From: Raphidiopsis brookii D9
GTDB lineage: Bacteria; Cyanobacteriota; Cyanobacteriia; Cyanobacteriales; Nostocaceae
Direction: 5' to 3'
NCBI GenBank assembly: GCA_000175855.1
Contig: ACYB01000004.1
Location: forward strand, 30,001-62,000
DNA: 32,000 nucleotides
Part shown: positions 30,952 to 32,000 of the stretch, in pieces
How positions within the stretch are numbered: position 1 is the stretch's first letter
Layout of the letters: the number at the start of each line of letters is the position of its first letter
Notes under the pieces: model-generated
What the model was told of the DNA's origin: nothing
Databases searched by the model: none
Seen by the model: the letters and a program-made list of their open reading frames with translations, nothing else
Position numbers and translations under genes: made by a program

Positions 30952-32000
30952 ATGGAATGTATCATAAATAGGCGCGCCCAATTTTCAGCAAGTCATCGGT
31001 ATTGGTTACCAGAACTTGGTGAAGCGCAAAATGTAGGAAAATTTGGTCTGTGTGCGAAATTTCCTGGACATGGACATAATTACGTGCTATTCATTTCCAT
31101 GTCGGGTGAACTGGATGAATATGGAATGGTACTTAATCTATCTGACGTGAAACAGGTAATTAAGAGTGAAGTTACCAGCGAACTAGACTTTTCTTACCTC
31201 AATGAGGTGTGGGAAGAATTTCAAGCCACCCTACCCACCACAGAAAATATTGCTAGGGTAATTTGGAACCGTTTGACACCTCATTTACCCTTGGTGCGCG
31301 TGCAGCTATTTGAACATCCCCAACTGTGGACAGAATACGAGGGGAAAGGGGAAAAAATCTCCTTAACCGCGAGAAGTCATTTCAGTGCTGCACATCGGTT
31401 AGCACCCAATCTACGTGCAGAAAAATATGGCAAATGTACCCGTACTCATGGACATAATTATCATTTGGAAGTGACTGTGGAAGGGGAAATGGATGGACGC
31501 ACGGGAACGATTGTGGACCTTGGCTGTTTACATGAAACTGTGGAACGGGAGATCCTGGAATTATTTGACCATTCCTGTATTAATGAAGACATTCCCTACT
31601 TTTCTACCTCCCATATAGTTCCTACTACGGAAAATATTGCCCGATACATGAGTGATTTGCTGCAATTTCCCATTAGTGAACTGGGGGTGAAATTGTCCCG
31701 GGTAAAATTATTTGAAAGTGACCACCTGTGGGTAGAGTATGAAGGTAAGGACTCAGAAATATTTTTTAGTGTAGCTACGGGTTTTAGTGCAGCACACAGA
31801 TTGGCCGACCCTACCCTTAGTTTGGAGAAAAATCAGACCATTTATGGCAAATGCTCTCGCATTAATGGTCACGGACATAATTATCATTTGGAAGTGACGG
31901 TTCGGGGGGAGATAGATTCAGTCACGGGAATGAGTGTTGATTTGGTGGGATTAAATCAGATAATTCAACACTATGTCATTGAACCTATGGATCATAGTTT
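30952..32000 (+). CDS. Multi-domain 6-pyruvoyl-tetrahydropterin synthase/QueD family protein, at least three modules, truncated by the window edge
   Basis: Absent from the ORF track because it runs off the end. Translation from 30952: MECIINRRAQFSASHRYWLPEL..LCAKFPGHGHNYVL.. / ARSHFSAAHRLAPNLRAEKYGKCTRTHGHNYHLEVTVEG..LFDHSCINED..PTTENIARYM.. / ATGFSAAHRLADPTLSLEKNQTIYGKCSRINGHGHNYHLEVTVRG..PMDHS. Confidence 0.88.
   Translation, partial: MECIINRRAQFSASHRYWLPELGEAQNVGKFGLCAKFPGHGHNYVLFISMSGELDEYGMVLNLSDVKQVIKSEVTSELDFSYLNEVWEEFQATLPTTENIARVIWNRLTPHLPLVRVQLFEHPQLWTEYEGKGEKISLTARSHFSAAHRLAPNLRAEKYGKCTRTHGHNYHLEVTVEGEMDGRTGTIVDLGCLHETVEREILELFDHSCINEDIPYFSTSHIVPTTENIARYMSDLLQFPISELGVKLSRVKLFESDHLWVEYEGKDSEIFFSVATGFSAAHRLADPTLSLEKNQTIYGKCSRINGHGHNYHLEVTVRGEIDSVTGMSVDLVGLNQIIQHYVIEPMDHS

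Noticed and set aside
1-32000. Search for CRISPR arrays, transposases, phage genes, toxin-antitoxin or defence cassettes, tRNA/rRNA
   Set aside because: No regularly spaced repeats, no transposase or recombinase motifs, no tRNA-like cloverleafs in the intergenic gaps I read, and gene content is chromosomal housekeeping. A tRNAscan-SE, Infernal and DefenseFinder run would be decisive.

Overview
This 32 kb window looks like an ordinary chromosomal stretch of a filamentous cyanobacterium. Protein flavour, about 15 HIP1 (GCGATCGC) octamers and gene content suggest Nostocales, possibly Raphidiopsis/Cylindrospermopsis-like; that placement is inference. It carries mostly housekeeping genes: a truncated thioredoxin, vipp1/pspA, a SPOR-like protein, DUF721/DciA, menB, ispH, amt, a CHASE2 Ser/Thr kinase, DUF29, purE, hemC, glgA, an M50 protease, minCDE, heme oxygenase, glmM, a small Kv-like K+ channel, an HdrB-like CCG protein, acpP, fabF and tkt. 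The right edge carries a gene missing from the ORF track, made of three tandem PTPS/QueD-like modules. Its first module has lost the usual catalytic His. I see no CRISPR array, transposase, prophage, tRNA/rRNA or defence island, and no convincing undescribed multi-gene system. The items most worth checking are: (1) the triple-PTPS protein; (2) a Ser/Thr kinase remnant joined by an internal deletion to the C-terminus of a probable ABC-type periplasmic-binding domain; (3) a cluster of three frameshifts, two at homopolymers, breaking two genes at 16.2-19.4 kb; (4) a Kv-like channel with a C-terminal zinc ribbon; (5) several strong intergenic hairpins.
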